From Nitrosopumilaceae archaeon (GTDB lineage Archaea; Thermoproteota; Nitrososphaeria; Nitrososphaerales; Nitrosopumilaceae), in the NCBI GenBank assembly GCA_965214835.1, contig CBDCCK010000002.1, positions 2,112,001 to 2,176,000 on the forward strand: a stretch of DNA of 64,000 nucleotides, given 5' to 3'. Each line of letters opens with the position of its first letter. The stretch's first letter is position 1. Both the position numbers and the translations under genes were made by a program. The notes under the pieces were generated by a model. That model saw nothing but the letters and a program-made list of their open reading frames with translations, did not search any database and was not told the origin of the DNA. Below, piece after piece: positions 47,624 through 57,131 of the stretch.

Positions 47624-48511
47624 CTACCGGAAGTTCTTCCAGGGAAGCCTGCGCCCCAGGATCCTCTCCGTCTCAGACACGTCGTCCCGGAGAAAGTCCC
47701 GCAGCCGGTGCCTGTCTGACGGGCTCATCTGCGGTTTTGGCCTTCTTTGTCTCAGGATTCTTTCGGTAGCAAACGTCCTGATGGGGGATGGGATGCGCTT
47801 CTGGGCTGACAGCGGTATGAGATCTATGACTTTGAGCAATGCATGAAAGCGGTGGACATGAAAGCTGTTGTGGGCCTTGAGAACGAACGAGTCAAGGTCG
47901 GCAGTACACCCCCTTCCCACAAAGTCCAGCAGGCCGGCCACAGTATCCCTCGGGTTTTCGACCAGATCCTCGAGGAGTATCACCTTGACGTTCTGCCTCC
48001 CAAAGGCAGAAATCCACATGGACAGGGGCTCAGAATAGTAATACTTGTTTGACTTTCTGAGATCCAGCAGATCGCTGTCGTTGTTGATGTCGTTGCGGCA
48101 TATGTCGCCATAGTTGCCGTCGACGAAACGGCCAACTGTTTGTGCAAAAGTTGCGGCAGTCCTTTGCCATGTCAGGATCTCAAACAGGAACCGCGAAAAC
48201 AGCTGCTCGACGGGATCCCTCAGGGTGATCAGGATTTTTGCGTCCGACCGGACTGCACGGATCCGCCGGCACGCCGTACTGCTAAAGTAATATTGCGAGG
48301 GGTCGACAATCACCCTCTCGTCTCTGACGCCACTGTAACGCGAAAGGTACTGCCTCTTGGTGATATTGCGCAGAAAGTAGCTCGTATCCTTCACTGAAGG
48401 AACGTACATCCCACGGATCCCCCTCAGAATGTGATACATCGTAGTCGTTCCTGTTTTTCCGGGGCCGACATAGAAGAGGTTGGGCCACCTCACGGCATCA
48501 GCCTTGCGCAT
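47624..48511 (-). CDS. sulfotransferase domain protein
   Basis: PNLFYVGPGKTGTT 5'-PSB loop; LRDPVEQLFS 3'-PB motif. Confidence 0.88.
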   Translation of the reverse strand: MRKADAVRWPNLFYVGPGKTGTTTMYHILRGIRGMYVPSVKDTSYFLRNITKRQYLSRYSGVRDERVIVDPSQYYFSSTACRRIRAVRSDAKILITLRDPVEQLFSRFLFEILTWQRTAATFAQTVGRFVDGNYGDICRNDINNDSDLLDLRKSNKYYYSEPLSMWISAFGRQNVKVILLEDLVENPRDTVAGLLDFVGRGCTADLDSFVLKAHNSFHVHRFHALLKVIDLIPLSAQKRIPSPIRTFATERILRQRRPKPQMSPSDRHRLRDFLRDDVSETERILGRRLPWKNFR

Positions 48512-48647
48512 CAGATAGTCTCTTGATCAGCCAATTGAAATACGTGTTGGTTGGGACAAAATCCCGGAGTGCAGACGGAGTAGCGAAAATCCGGTCTCGC
48601 CTCTTTGAAAGTCCAGATTCCATGTCCTCTCATTGAAGGAGCAGTCG

Positions 48648-48876
48648 TATGTGGTCACGTCCCCCTGAGAGTTGATTCGAAATTAGCAAACTCATTATTT
48701 GTGAACGAATTTGCATAAAGCAGCTCAAAACACCAACAAAATACAGATTATCTGTGAAATTACTTGAAAAATTCGTACGGTCTCTAATTTCGGATCACCT
48801 CTCTGTTGACTAGGCATGAAAATCATAGTCATAGATGTCAGTTCGTGCCTGATTGGCAGGGGTAGGTGACCTCGTA
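48648..48876. mobile_element. MITE family A interrupted by another MITE
   Basis: TATGTGGTCAC ... GTGACCTCGTA. Confidence 0.82.
48668..48802. mobile_element. 135-bp nested MITE
   Basis: TIR AGAGTTGATTCGAAATTAG (17/19), 3-bp TSD CTG. Confidence 0.8.
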
Positions 48877-49178
48877 CAACATGTGGATGCCCCTTCGATT
48901 GGAAAAGGTGACCACGCTCCCACCCGCGTCCTCGCCTACGTAAACTGGTATGTTGTGTTTTGCAGCCATGTCCAAGGCGTCCTCAAACATGCTCCTAGCT
49001 TTTGCCTCATCCCATGAAGAATCAACACACCCGTAGGATTTCATAACTTTCATGTATGTTGACTACCTATTAAAAGTCGGCAGATTGCTACATGACCGTA
49101 CCTGAAGGGCAGGAAACCTAGCAAAAATTACCAGCATGATTAACGGACTCAAACCAAAATGATCCAAGACCGTGAGGG

Positions 49179-49268
49179 GTACGAGTTTACTCCCTCCTGA
49201 AAATATGGTGTGGCAGGCATGGTGATCAAGGTTCTGACCGGTAGTGTTGTTTAGGGGCAGACTCTTAC
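49179..49268. mobile_element. IS66-derived MITE
   Basis: GTACGAGTTTAC ... GGGGCAGACTCTTAC. Confidence 0.72.
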
Positions 49269-49317
49269 CTGATCCTGCGTGTAAAGTATAATAACGATGC
49301 ACCACATACGTAACAGC

Positions 49318-49887
49318 ATGCGGCAGGCTGCACGGATACTTGTAAGCGGAATCGTTCAAGGCGTCGGCTTTCGCTATCTGGTCAGACACGAGGCAGACAA
49401 CCAGAGAATCGTCGGACATGTCGAGAACCTTGATGACGGCACGGTTCTGATAGAGTGTGAGGGCAAAAGGGAGGATATTGAGGGACTTGTCGCCTCGATA
49501 AGGGACAGTAAAAAGCCAGTGCAAATACGTGATATCGACGTACAATATTCAGAGGATGTCGGAAGGTTCAAGGTATTTAGGATAGTTCCGGGAAAGATGG
49601 AAAACGAGCTTGTAGAGGGCTTTGCCACCGGTGCTATGTACCTGAGGAGCATTGACACAAGGCAGGATCAGATGCTAGACAAGCAGGATCAGATGCTAGA
49701 CAAGCAGGATCAGACCATAACGGAGATCCGAGATCTTTCATCTGGCATCCGCGAGATGCTTGACTCTTGGTTTGAGAGGATAGAGAACGACATATCCAAG
49801 ATAAAATCAAAACTGCAGATATGCCCAGCCTCCGCCGGTGCTGGCAGAGTCATATCGCAAGAATTTGCTCACTCGCCCACAAAGTGA
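49318..49887 (+). CDS. acylphosphatase with C-terminal heptad-repeat coiled coil
   Basis: SGIVQGVGFR, GHVENLDDGTV; QDQMLDK repeats. Confidence 0.88.
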   Translation: MRQAARILVSGIVQGVGFRYLVRHEADNQRIVGHVENLDDGTVLIECEGKREDIEGLVASIRDSKKPVQIRDIDVQYSEDVGRFKVFRIVPGKMENELVEGFATGAMYLRSIDTRQDQMLDKQDQMLDKQDQTITEIRDLSSGIREMLDSWFERIENDISKIKSKLQICPASAGAGRVISQEFAHSPTK

Positions 49888-49947
49888 CCTTGTGACGCTT
49901 CGGATCTGCAGTGGCGAAAGTCTTTGATAATCAAAAAGCGCCTTCCT

Positions 49948-50058
49948 CAGCTAAGTGAAAAGTACCAAAAAATCGAGTAAAAACAAAAGCCGGGCAAGAA
50001 ACACGACGCCTCAACAATAAGACAAAAAGAGCGGTTCCGTTTACATTTCACTTAGCTG
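49948..50058. mobile_element. 111-bp MITE of the ISH3 element at 12235
   Basis: TIR CAGCTAAGTGAAA; 5-bp TSD TTCCT. Confidence 0.88.
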
Positions 50059-50255
50059 TTCCTGCATAGCTCATAGTGCGCATAGTTGAAAATGGGGGTA
50101 TTTTCTTACCGAAATATGCACGATGTGTCAAAATTATGTTGCAATTTTTGATGTGTGTATTACACTCGGCGTGTCCCGGGGAGAATTACCACTCATGAAT
50201 ATCCCAGTTCTCCACAAGCAGTGTGCTTAAATAGAAACCCTGCAAGCAGCCATCA

Positions 50256-50684
50256 TTGGGAAAAAAGATACTGATAGTGATCATTGGCGTCGCCATAATT
50301 GGCGCCCTGTTTACCCTGCTTGGCCAGATCTCGACGGACGTAGAACAGAACCAGGCTTTTGCCGACGTTGCATACTGCGGCCATGGGGTGGATCTGGACG
50401 GCCTTGACCTTCGTGTCAGCATCTGCATGGAAAACCTCGGCAACGTCGAGGCGGTTCTGAACCGTGCCGACGTGCGGTTTTATGATGGTGACAGTGAGGT
50501 TGGAACCGTTGACCTGCCTTATGACATGCAGATTGCGCCGGGGGAGGTCGTATGGGCAGATGTAGATCTGACATCCTCGGGACTGGTGGACGTGATACGC
50601 GAGGTTGGAGCTGATAACATGATAGTTCATTATTGCGCCTATTATGATAGTGCTGCAGGTCCATTTGAGAGCTGCAGTGCCTGA
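50256..50684 (+). CDS. hypothetical membrane-anchored beta-rich (LEA_2-like) protein
   Basis: N-terminal TM helix; ENLGN and IAPGE patterns. Confidence 0.65.
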   Translation: MGKKILIVIIGVAIIGALFTLLGQISTDVEQNQAFADVAYCGHGVDLDGLDLRVSICMENLGNVEAVLNRADVRFYDGDSEVGTVDLPYDMQIAPGEVVWADVDLTSSGLVDVIREVGADNMIVHYCAYYDSAAGPFESCSA

Positions 50685-50907
50685 TCCTGCAGCGGTTAGC
50701 TGCTATCCCCTCATTTTTGGATAACGGACAGATCTGGGTGACCTGATTCCTTTTGTTTAGAACCGCCTACGGCTGCCTGGTGGCAAAAGTGGGTGCACTG
50801 TCCACCTTGAGGGATCTGCTTCGAACTGCCAGTTTGCGGTACAATCTGCTGGAGTCCCATCCCGGGACAAACCGATAACTTTTGTACTGCCGCAAGAAAA
50901 AAACCAC

Positions 50908-52065
50908 ATGCCTCAAAACTCCAGCGAGATCAGGGCTGCAATCGAGGCAAAGTGGAGGGAATATCTCTCAAGGTACGGAAACCTCTTCTCCTCGGACAGT
51001 CTGAGCGGGGCCAGCCCACCGTCCGTCTTTGTCGGATCCTACAACTATCCAAATGTTCTGGTCGGACCCATGGTTCCACCTGTGCATGGCGACACAACCC
51101 TGTTGGATGCCCCCGAAAGATGGGTGGGAAAAACCCTTGAGGAGATTGTAAATTATAGGCTGAGTCTTGTCCGGGGAACCCAAAAAATTCCAGTCGAGAA
51201 CCCCTCGGGGAGGTACATTGAAAACCTGCAGGAGGTCGCCATGGCCTCCGGACCCACCGACTCTGAAATCCAGTTTACAAAGTCCACCGTGCCGATAGCC
51301 TCGATTGACGGAGAGAGCGCGCCGTTTGGGCCGGTCGGGGAGGTAAAGTCTGCAAGATATGCCGGCACCACCTCTGAGAAGCAAATCGAAAGGACGTACT
51401 ATGACCGAGACCTCAAGGCAAGGGATGCCGTCCTCAGCCTGTACAACTCCGGAATAGAGATCTCAAAAATACAGAGATGCCTCAGCCTTGGGATGGTGGG
51501 GCAGAAAAGGAGGCTGGTTCCAACCCGCTGGAGCATAACTGCCACCGATGACATGGTTTCAGACTCTTTGGTCGCGCAGGTTCTGGATCATCCTGTCATT
51601 GACCACTATCGCGTGTTCGGATTCGAGCACCTGGGGAACCTCTTTTCGGTGATACTGTTCCCCCACAGGTGGCTGTACGAGATGATCGAGGCGTGGTATT
51701 CCGGCGGCGTACTGGGGTTTGGCTCCGATCATGAGGATGCAAGGGGAATTGATCACCCGCCTGAAATAGCAGGCGCGTATTTTGCCGCAAAGCTTGGCGC
51801 CGCCGAGTATCTGGCAAGGAAGAAAATCCAGGCAGGCGTCTTGATCCTGCGCGAAATCAGACCCGAGTATGCAGTGCCGGTCGGCGTCTGGCAGGTCCGA
51901 GAGGGAGTCAGGGAGGCGATGAGGCAGGCCCCTGAGATTCTAGACGACTTTGAGGGGTCTTTGCAGTCCGCATGCAGCAAGATGAGCATAAGCGGGCACG
52001 AATGGCTTGCCCGGGGGAGCATATCCAGGCTCTTGAGGCAAAAGGCGCTTTCGGACTATTTTTAG
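50908..52065 (+). CDS. nreA: Nre family archaeal DNA repair protein
   Basis: SPPSVFVG..NYP, LVPTRWSITA.D, PVGVWQVRE; C-terminal PIP box QKALSDYF. Confidence 0.9.
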   Translation: MPQNSSEIRAAIEAKWREYLSRYGNLFSSDSLSGASPPSVFVGSYNYPNVLVGPMVPPVHGDTTLLDAPERWVGKTLEEIVNYRLSLVRGTQKIPVENPSGRYIENLQEVAMASGPTDSEIQFTKSTVPIASIDGESAPFGPVGEVKSARYAGTTSEKQIERTYYDRDLKARDAVLSLYNSGIEISKIQRCLSLGMVGQKRRLVPTRWSITATDDMVSDSLVAQVLDHPVIDHYRVFGFEHLGNLFSVILFPHRWLYEMIEAWYSGGVLGFGSDHEDARGIDHPPEIAGAYFAAKLGAAEYLARKKIQAGVLILREIRPEYAVPVGVWQVREGVREAMRQAPEILDDFEGSLQSACSKMSISGHEWLARGSISRLLRQKALSDYF

Positions 52066-52152
52066 AACGCTTTTGTTTTTTTCAAAAATGCTGCGGGTCT
52101 TGCATCTTCCGGCACCCGTGTGCCTGTGTGGGGCCTTTGCCCTTCGCATCCC

Positions 52153-52243
52153 GTAAGAGTTTACCCCTCAGGCTGTACTACTGGCCGGAACCTTCATGGT
52201 CACGCCTGCCACGTCGTATCTTGGGGGAGGGGTAAACTCTTAC
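52153..52243. mobile_element. 91-bp IS66-derived MITE
   Basis: Perfect TIR GTAAGAGTTTACCCCTC; 8-bp TSD CGCATCCC. Confidence 0.92.
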
Positions 52244-52365
52244 CGCATCCCAGCCATGCACTCGTTGCATGTAGATCCGCACCGCCATCAGTGTCTGGAT
52301 GATTGCTAGGTGGATGTGCCTCGTGCCTGTGCTTGGTTTAAAACTGGAGGGGGAAAACCATCATC

Positions 52366-53316
52366 ATGAAGGCAACAGTCTTTGATGGCAGGCAACTGCA
52401 GTATGATTCCAAATTCTCCGATCCCGAGCCTGGCGAATCGCTGGTCAAGGTAGCCCTGGCAGGAATCTGCGGAACCGACTTGGAGATCCTGCGGGGATAC
52501 ATGGGCTATCACGGAATACCGGGCCATGAGTTTGTCGGCGTGGTTGAAAAGTCAGAGAATCCGGGCCTAGTTGGCAGGCGGGTTGTGGGCGAAATCAATG
52601 CCGCATGTGGAAGATGCGACCGCTGCGCAAAAGGCCTGGGACGGCACTGCCCACATCGCACCGTCTTGGGAATTCTCAACAGGAACGGGGCCTTTGCGGA
52701 ATACCTGTCGCTTCCCGCAAAAAACCTGCATGCCGTACCTGATTCTGTCTCAGACGAGCAGGCAGTCTTCGTCGAGCCCCTCGCAGCTGCATTTGAGATC
52801 AAGGAGCAGGTCCGGATACGGCCTGATTGGAGGATCGGGATCGTAGGCGACGGCCGGCTTGCACAGCTAATTGCAATGGTGCTAAATCTGTCCTCCCCGG
52901 ACGTGACATGCTTTGGCCGCCACCAAAACAAGCTCCGGCGACTGGAAAAGCTCGGCATGCGGGTAAAAACAGGCATCGGCACGTCAGACGGGCATGGCTT
53001 TGACCTAGTCGTTGAGGCCACGGGCAGCCCCTCTGGATTCGGTGATGCCATGAGGATTGTAAGGCCCCGCGGCACCGTCGTACTGAAATCCACGACTGCG
53101 TCGCAAAAGAATCCGGATCTGACCCCTGCCGTCGTAAACGAGGTTACTGTAGTGGGCTCCCGCTGCGGCCCATTCCGGCCCGCGATCGAGGCGCTGTCCG
53201 GCGGGGCCATTCCCGTTGTCGACCTGGTTGATTCTGTCTATCCGCTAGAGGAATTCAGGCAGGCCTTTGAGCGTGCACAAAAGCCCGGGGTCATGAAGGT
53301 TCTTTTAAGACCATGA
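52366..53316 (+). CDS. zinc-dependent alcohol dehydrogenase (MDR)
   Basis: GICGTD, GHEFVG, CxxCxxC...C. Confidence 0.92.
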   Translation: MKATVFDGRQLQYDSKFSDPEPGESLVKVALAGICGTDLEILRGYMGYHGIPGHEFVGVVEKSENPGLVGRRVVGEINAACGRCDRCAKGLGRHCPHRTVLGILNRNGAFAEYLSLPAKNLHAVPDSVSDEQAVFVEPLAAAFEIKEQVRIRPDWRIGIVGDGRLAQLIAMVLNLSSPDVTCFGRHQNKLRRLEKLGMRVKTGIGTSDGHGFDLVVEATGSPSGFGDAMRIVRPRGTVVLKSTTASQKNPDLTPAVVNEVTVVGSRCGPFRPAIEALSGGAIPVVDLVDSVYPLEEFRQAFERAQKPGVMKVLLRP

Positions 53317-53449
53317 GTCACGGGACTATTTGCAAGGCTGCGGGCGGCGTTTTATCTTGATTCGATGCAGAACCAGCTTGTATCCCCTGTAGACAATCCT
53401 GCAGGTATCGGTCAGTGCGGGGTTTTTAAAATGACAGGCTGTCGCCCTG

Positions 53450-53539
53450 TATGTGGTCACGTCCCCTTGTTAGCTAGGCACGAAAATCACAATCATGCAT
53501 CTAATTCGTGCCTGACTGATGGGGGTAGGTGGCCTCGTA
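53450..53539. mobile_element. MITE family A
   Basis: TATGTGGTCAC ... GTGGCCTCGTA. Confidence 0.82.
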
Positions 53540-53629
53540 CGTCGCCCTTTCATGCAGTCCACAAGGCACTCCTGTTTTTTGCGTCTTCACTGCCGGATCG
53601 GCGCGATTCTTGCAGGTACGCCATGGATT

Positions 53630-53740
53630 GTAACAGCTCGGATTCTGGAAGTTGTTCCTGATTTCAGGTACGAATATACTCAGGAGGCCTCCAGAGGTGG
53701 TAAAATCCACGCCTGAACTCCCAGAGCCCGACCTGTTACC
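53630..53740. mobile_element. ~110-bp MITE family B ((G)GTAACAG ends)
   Basis: GTAACAGCTCGG / CCGACCTGTTAC with (C)ATGGATT duplication. Confidence 0.8.
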
Positions 53741-53763
53741 ATGGATTCCCTTATTTATCAGTC

Positions 53764-55188
53764 ATGCCTTGGTCTGTCATGTATCGTGTGGCAACAATGA
53801 TGCTGTCTGCGCTTGTCCTGTCGGGGCTGGCAGCGCCTGCCTTTGCCGCATGCCCGGCGATCTTCCCGCCTCTGGACTTTCATGTGATGCCAGACGACGA
53901 CGTCCAGGCCTTTGTCACGTATTCTGAGCCCCTCAGGATCCAGACACTGGTGGTGCAGCCCACATTTTCGGGAACCGCAACGGAGTTTGGGATGGTCATA
54001 CCCATCCCCGCTTGGCCCGAGATCAACGAGGCCCCCGAAGACATGTTCGAGGAGCTTTGGGAATACACGGGATTTCAAGAACATGTGGCAATGATTGCGA
54101 CAATCGAGGAATCTACTCTTCTCGGTGAATCGTCCGTAGTCGTGCTAGAGCAAAAGGCCGTGGGCGACTTTGAGACGACCCTGTTGACTGCAGGCGATGC
54201 CGGGGATCTGGTCGACTGGCTGAACTCGCACGACTTTCAGTTCGTAGGGGAGGATAAAGCAAACTTTGATTATTATGTGCAAAAGGGCGGGTACTATTTT
54301 GTAGCCATGAGGGTGAACATGGACGAGGCGGACGTCGGCGCCGACGGCATGATCAACGGAAAGCTGCGGCCGATAGAGTTTGTGTTCAAAAGTGAGCAGC
54401 CCATGCTGCCGTTCCGAATAATGGCACATGATATGGATCAGATGAGCTTTACACTGTACACGCTGGGCGAGATTCCCTATTATATCCCCGGGGTGAAAGT
54501 AACCTTTGCAGACAGGGTGCAGGACTGGCGCGGCGAACTCGAGTCGCTGGAAAGGTATCACCCAGCAGACCGGTGGCTGCTAAAGATGCACGTGGATTTT
54601 GATCCAAGGGCAATCGAGGGGAGCCTCATACTGCAGCGCTTCCACGACATTGGCGACTGGATTCCAATGCATCTGCCCGATATCGTGATCAACCCACACA
54701 TGTCCCTTCCGGGCTCCGGCATAGTGGTGCCCTTCCACCTGCTTGAGATGGACAGGGAGAGGATGGCCGGGATTGTGGAGGCAATCTCTGATGCCAAGTC
54801 ACTGGATTCAGAGTGTGATGACACAACACAGGCAATGCTCAGGCAGGACGGCAGCGGGCCCGTCTGCGTCGACGAACCGGCTGTGAGCCAGTACGCGCAG
54901 AGGGGCTGGGTGGAAATAGAGGCGCTGGCAGGAATGGATCCATGGAAGCGGGCGTTGGCGCTAGATGGGATCCTTCTGACGCCGAGCCTTGCATATTCTG
55001 CAACCCCGTTTGAGCAGGTACTCCTTGGCATTCCGCCTGAGAACATAGAGTGCAAGGACTACATGCAGCTGATGATCAGGCCTAGCGGAGGTTCTGCCTG
55101 CATCATGGAGTCAAGCGTAGACGGCCTTGCAGAGAGAGGGTGGACAAAGTCAACTATGGCTGCCGATGAGCTGCGACGGCTGTCATGA
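53764..55188 (+). CDS. exported DUF2330-like protein with two C-terminal Cys-pair/RGW repeats
   Basis: Signal peptide; EFGMVIPIP, L.DWL....F, YFVA, LRPIEF; C...R..G....C......L..RGW twice. Confidence 0.75.
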   Translation: MPWSVMYRVATMMLSALVLSGLAAPAFAACPAIFPPLDFHVMPDDDVQAFVTYSEPLRIQTLVVQPTFSGTATEFGMVIPIPAWPEINEAPEDMFEELWEYTGFQEHVAMIATIEESTLLGESSVVVLEQKAVGDFETTLLTAGDAGDLVDWLNSHDFQFVGEDKANFDYYVQKGGYYFVAMRVNMDEADVGADGMINGKLRPIEFVFKSEQPMLPFRIMAHDMDQMSFTLYTLGEIPYYIPGVKVTFADRVQDWRGELESLERYHPADRWLLKMHVDFDPRAIEGSLILQRFHDIGDWIPMHLPDIVINPHMSLPGSGIVVPFHLLEMDRERMAGIVEAISDAKSLDSECDDTTQAMLRQDGSGPVCVDEPAVSQYAQRGWVEIEALAGMDPWKRALALDGILLTPSLAYSATPFEQVLLGIPPENIECKDYMQLMIRPSGGSACIMESSVDGLAERGWTKSTMAADELRRLS

Positions 55189-55350
55189 CGGCACCGCAAA
55201 AAGGGCCGTGCCGTACCTCTGGCTGAATACTGCATCACCGCACCGTGGCACAAGGCCGGCTTCCCCTGACCAGATAATCATGAACCTGTGCCGTATCTGT
55301 GATTTTTATGCCTAGCCAGCAGGGGGGGATGTGGCCTCATACGCCGGATT

Positions 55351-55461
55351 GGCAGCAGCTCGGACTCGAAGCTTCGGCATGAATTTTACCGCCAAAGAGG
55401 CCTCCGCAGGTGTAACTCGTGCCTGAAATCACAAGTCGCTTCCAAAGCCCGATCTGTTGCC
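55351..55461. mobile_element. MITE family B, inverted copy
   Basis: Collinear with the reverse complement of 53630-53740. Confidence 0.72.
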
Positions 55462-55771
55462 ATTTTTGAAAGGTGGTGGGCTGTGGGGCATGATCCACCC
55501 TAATTTTTCAGTATTTTTTAGTTCTTTGGAGATTATCTGCAGTTCCCTTTCCATCTTGTATGCCCCTGCCTTCCTGCCTTTTTCATGCGCTGCATCAAAC
55601 GCGACAGGGGAGCGATTTGGCCGGACAAGCTTTTGATCCTCGGCAACCCCTGCCTCACCGTATAGGGTGGGACAGGGAGCTGCAAGCTTGGGAAATTTCA
55701 CCTTTGCCGTCTAGTTCACCGCACAGGAAGGTCTTTCTAAACGGCATGCAGACAAGAGCAGGTGAGATCTA

Positions 55772-56476
55772 TTGCCATCCAAGCTATATGTTTTACTATA
55801 TGATCTGAATCCCCGGTTGTGGCTTTGTCCATTTGCCAGCAGGTCGGTTTACCATATCGTGATGCTGGGGCTGTTTTACCATGTGCTGGGTCTGGTCTTG
55901 TTTGATGCAGGAAACAGGATCGCAGGCCACGCGGTTCCCGAATACGCCCCGTCCGGCCTGCCGGTCTCCATCGTCTCTGCACTGGCCTCGGGGCCGATAG
56001 AGGAGTCGATATTTTTTGGAATACCATACCTAGTGTTTTCCAGCCCGTATGCACTTCTGGCGGCAGGCTCTATTTGGTCACTGCTACACCTGTTCAACGC
56101 GGCCGCCCTTGATCCTGCCAGCATCTCATATGGCGCCTTTTTGTTTACGATTCCACACATCTTTTTTAGCATCAGGACCTGGACCTGCGGCCGGGGATGG
56201 ATTGCAATTGCCTTTCACTCTGCGTGGAATCTGGCCGTGCTGCTGTCTGCCTGCGGTACCGGCTCCGTTGCTTGCAGCGTGTTCGGGGAGGGAGACCTCC
56301 TCCCCAAGGACATGCTGCTGCTTGCAGTCTCGGTCACCGTCTCTGTCCTGATTTACATGTCATACAAGAGGAAGCAGGGACGGCCCTTCCCGCGGATCTA
56401 TTATGCAGCATCCCTGTCGGTTTTGATCCTGGCCGCGGCGGCCCTGATGATTTTAAGCCTGTGGCTACTTCCTTAG
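55772..56476 (+). CDS. CPBP (Abi/CAAX) intramembrane metalloprotease
   Basis: PIEE..F, W...H, FHSAWN; start uncertain. Confidence 0.8.
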   Translation: MPSKLYVLLYDLNPRLWLCPFASRSVYHIVMLGLFYHVLGLVLFDAGNRIAGHAVPEYAPSGLPVSIVSALASGPIEESIFFGIPYLVFSSPYALLAAGSIWSLLHLFNAAALDPASISYGAFLFTIPHIFFSIRTWTCGRGWIAIAFHSAWNLAVLLSACGTGSVACSVFGEGDLLPKDMLLLAVSVTVSVLIYMSYKRKQGRPFPRIYYAASLSVLILAAAALMILSLWLLP

Positions 56477-57076
56477 CTGCCTTTGCAGCGCAACTAGGTT
56501 CCGTATGTTTGCATCTATTGCCCTGCGCAATCCCGGCAGATTCCTGTAGAGATACCTCCACTGCTCGACGAATTTTGGATCAGATGTAAGCAGTATCTCC
56601 CCGATGAAGACGAACATTTCATGGGATATGTCGCCTGGATTGCTCCTGAGCAGGGAAATCTGTTCCTCTATTGAAATCCCGTATTCTACGTATCTTCTGA
56701 AGACCGTCTTTGATGCCTTGGGGTTGACTGCAATTCTTTTCACGTCGAATCCCTCCCCGTTTAGCATTTCCAAAAACTCAGACCTTTGGCTCCATATCAG
56801 AAAGTAGTTCTCTAGCTTCTGGCGTATGGCCCTGTCAATTCTTGCAAAGTACACAATCCCGTAAAATGTCGGACCATACGCCTTTTTTTTGCGCCCGTCT
56901 GTTTTTTGCTCGTATACCTTCAGCCTTCCGGTCCCCTCCAGATCCTTAAAGTGCCTGTGAATCGTGCCCAGGGAAATCCGCGTGCCGGTACCTGTGGAGT
57001 ACAGGGTTTGCGGACCCCTGTCTAGTATGTGCCTGAATATATCCGCCGAGATCCTGTCCTTTCCTGATATGTCCAT
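56465..57076 (-). CDS. winged-helix transcriptional regulator
   Basis: ISLGTIHRHFKDL..GRKKKAY. Confidence 0.75.
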   Translation of the reverse strand: MDISGKDRISADIFRHILDRGPQTLYSTGTGTRISLGTIHRHFKDLEGTGRLKVYEQKTDGRKKKAYGPTFYGIVYFARIDRAIRQKLENYFLIWSQRSEFLEMLNGEGFDVKRIAVNPKASKTVFRRYVEYGISIEEQISLLRSNPGDISHEMFVFIGEILLTSDPKFVEQWRYLYRNLPGLRRAIDANIRNLVALQRQLRK

Positions 57077-57131
57077 CTTATTCCATATATTTGGAAATAA
57101 TGGATATATTCATTTCTATCGATATATTACT

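Noticed and set aside
55429-55701. 90-aa minus-strand ORF
   Set aside because: Runs into a MITE and has no recognisable motif; at best a fragment.
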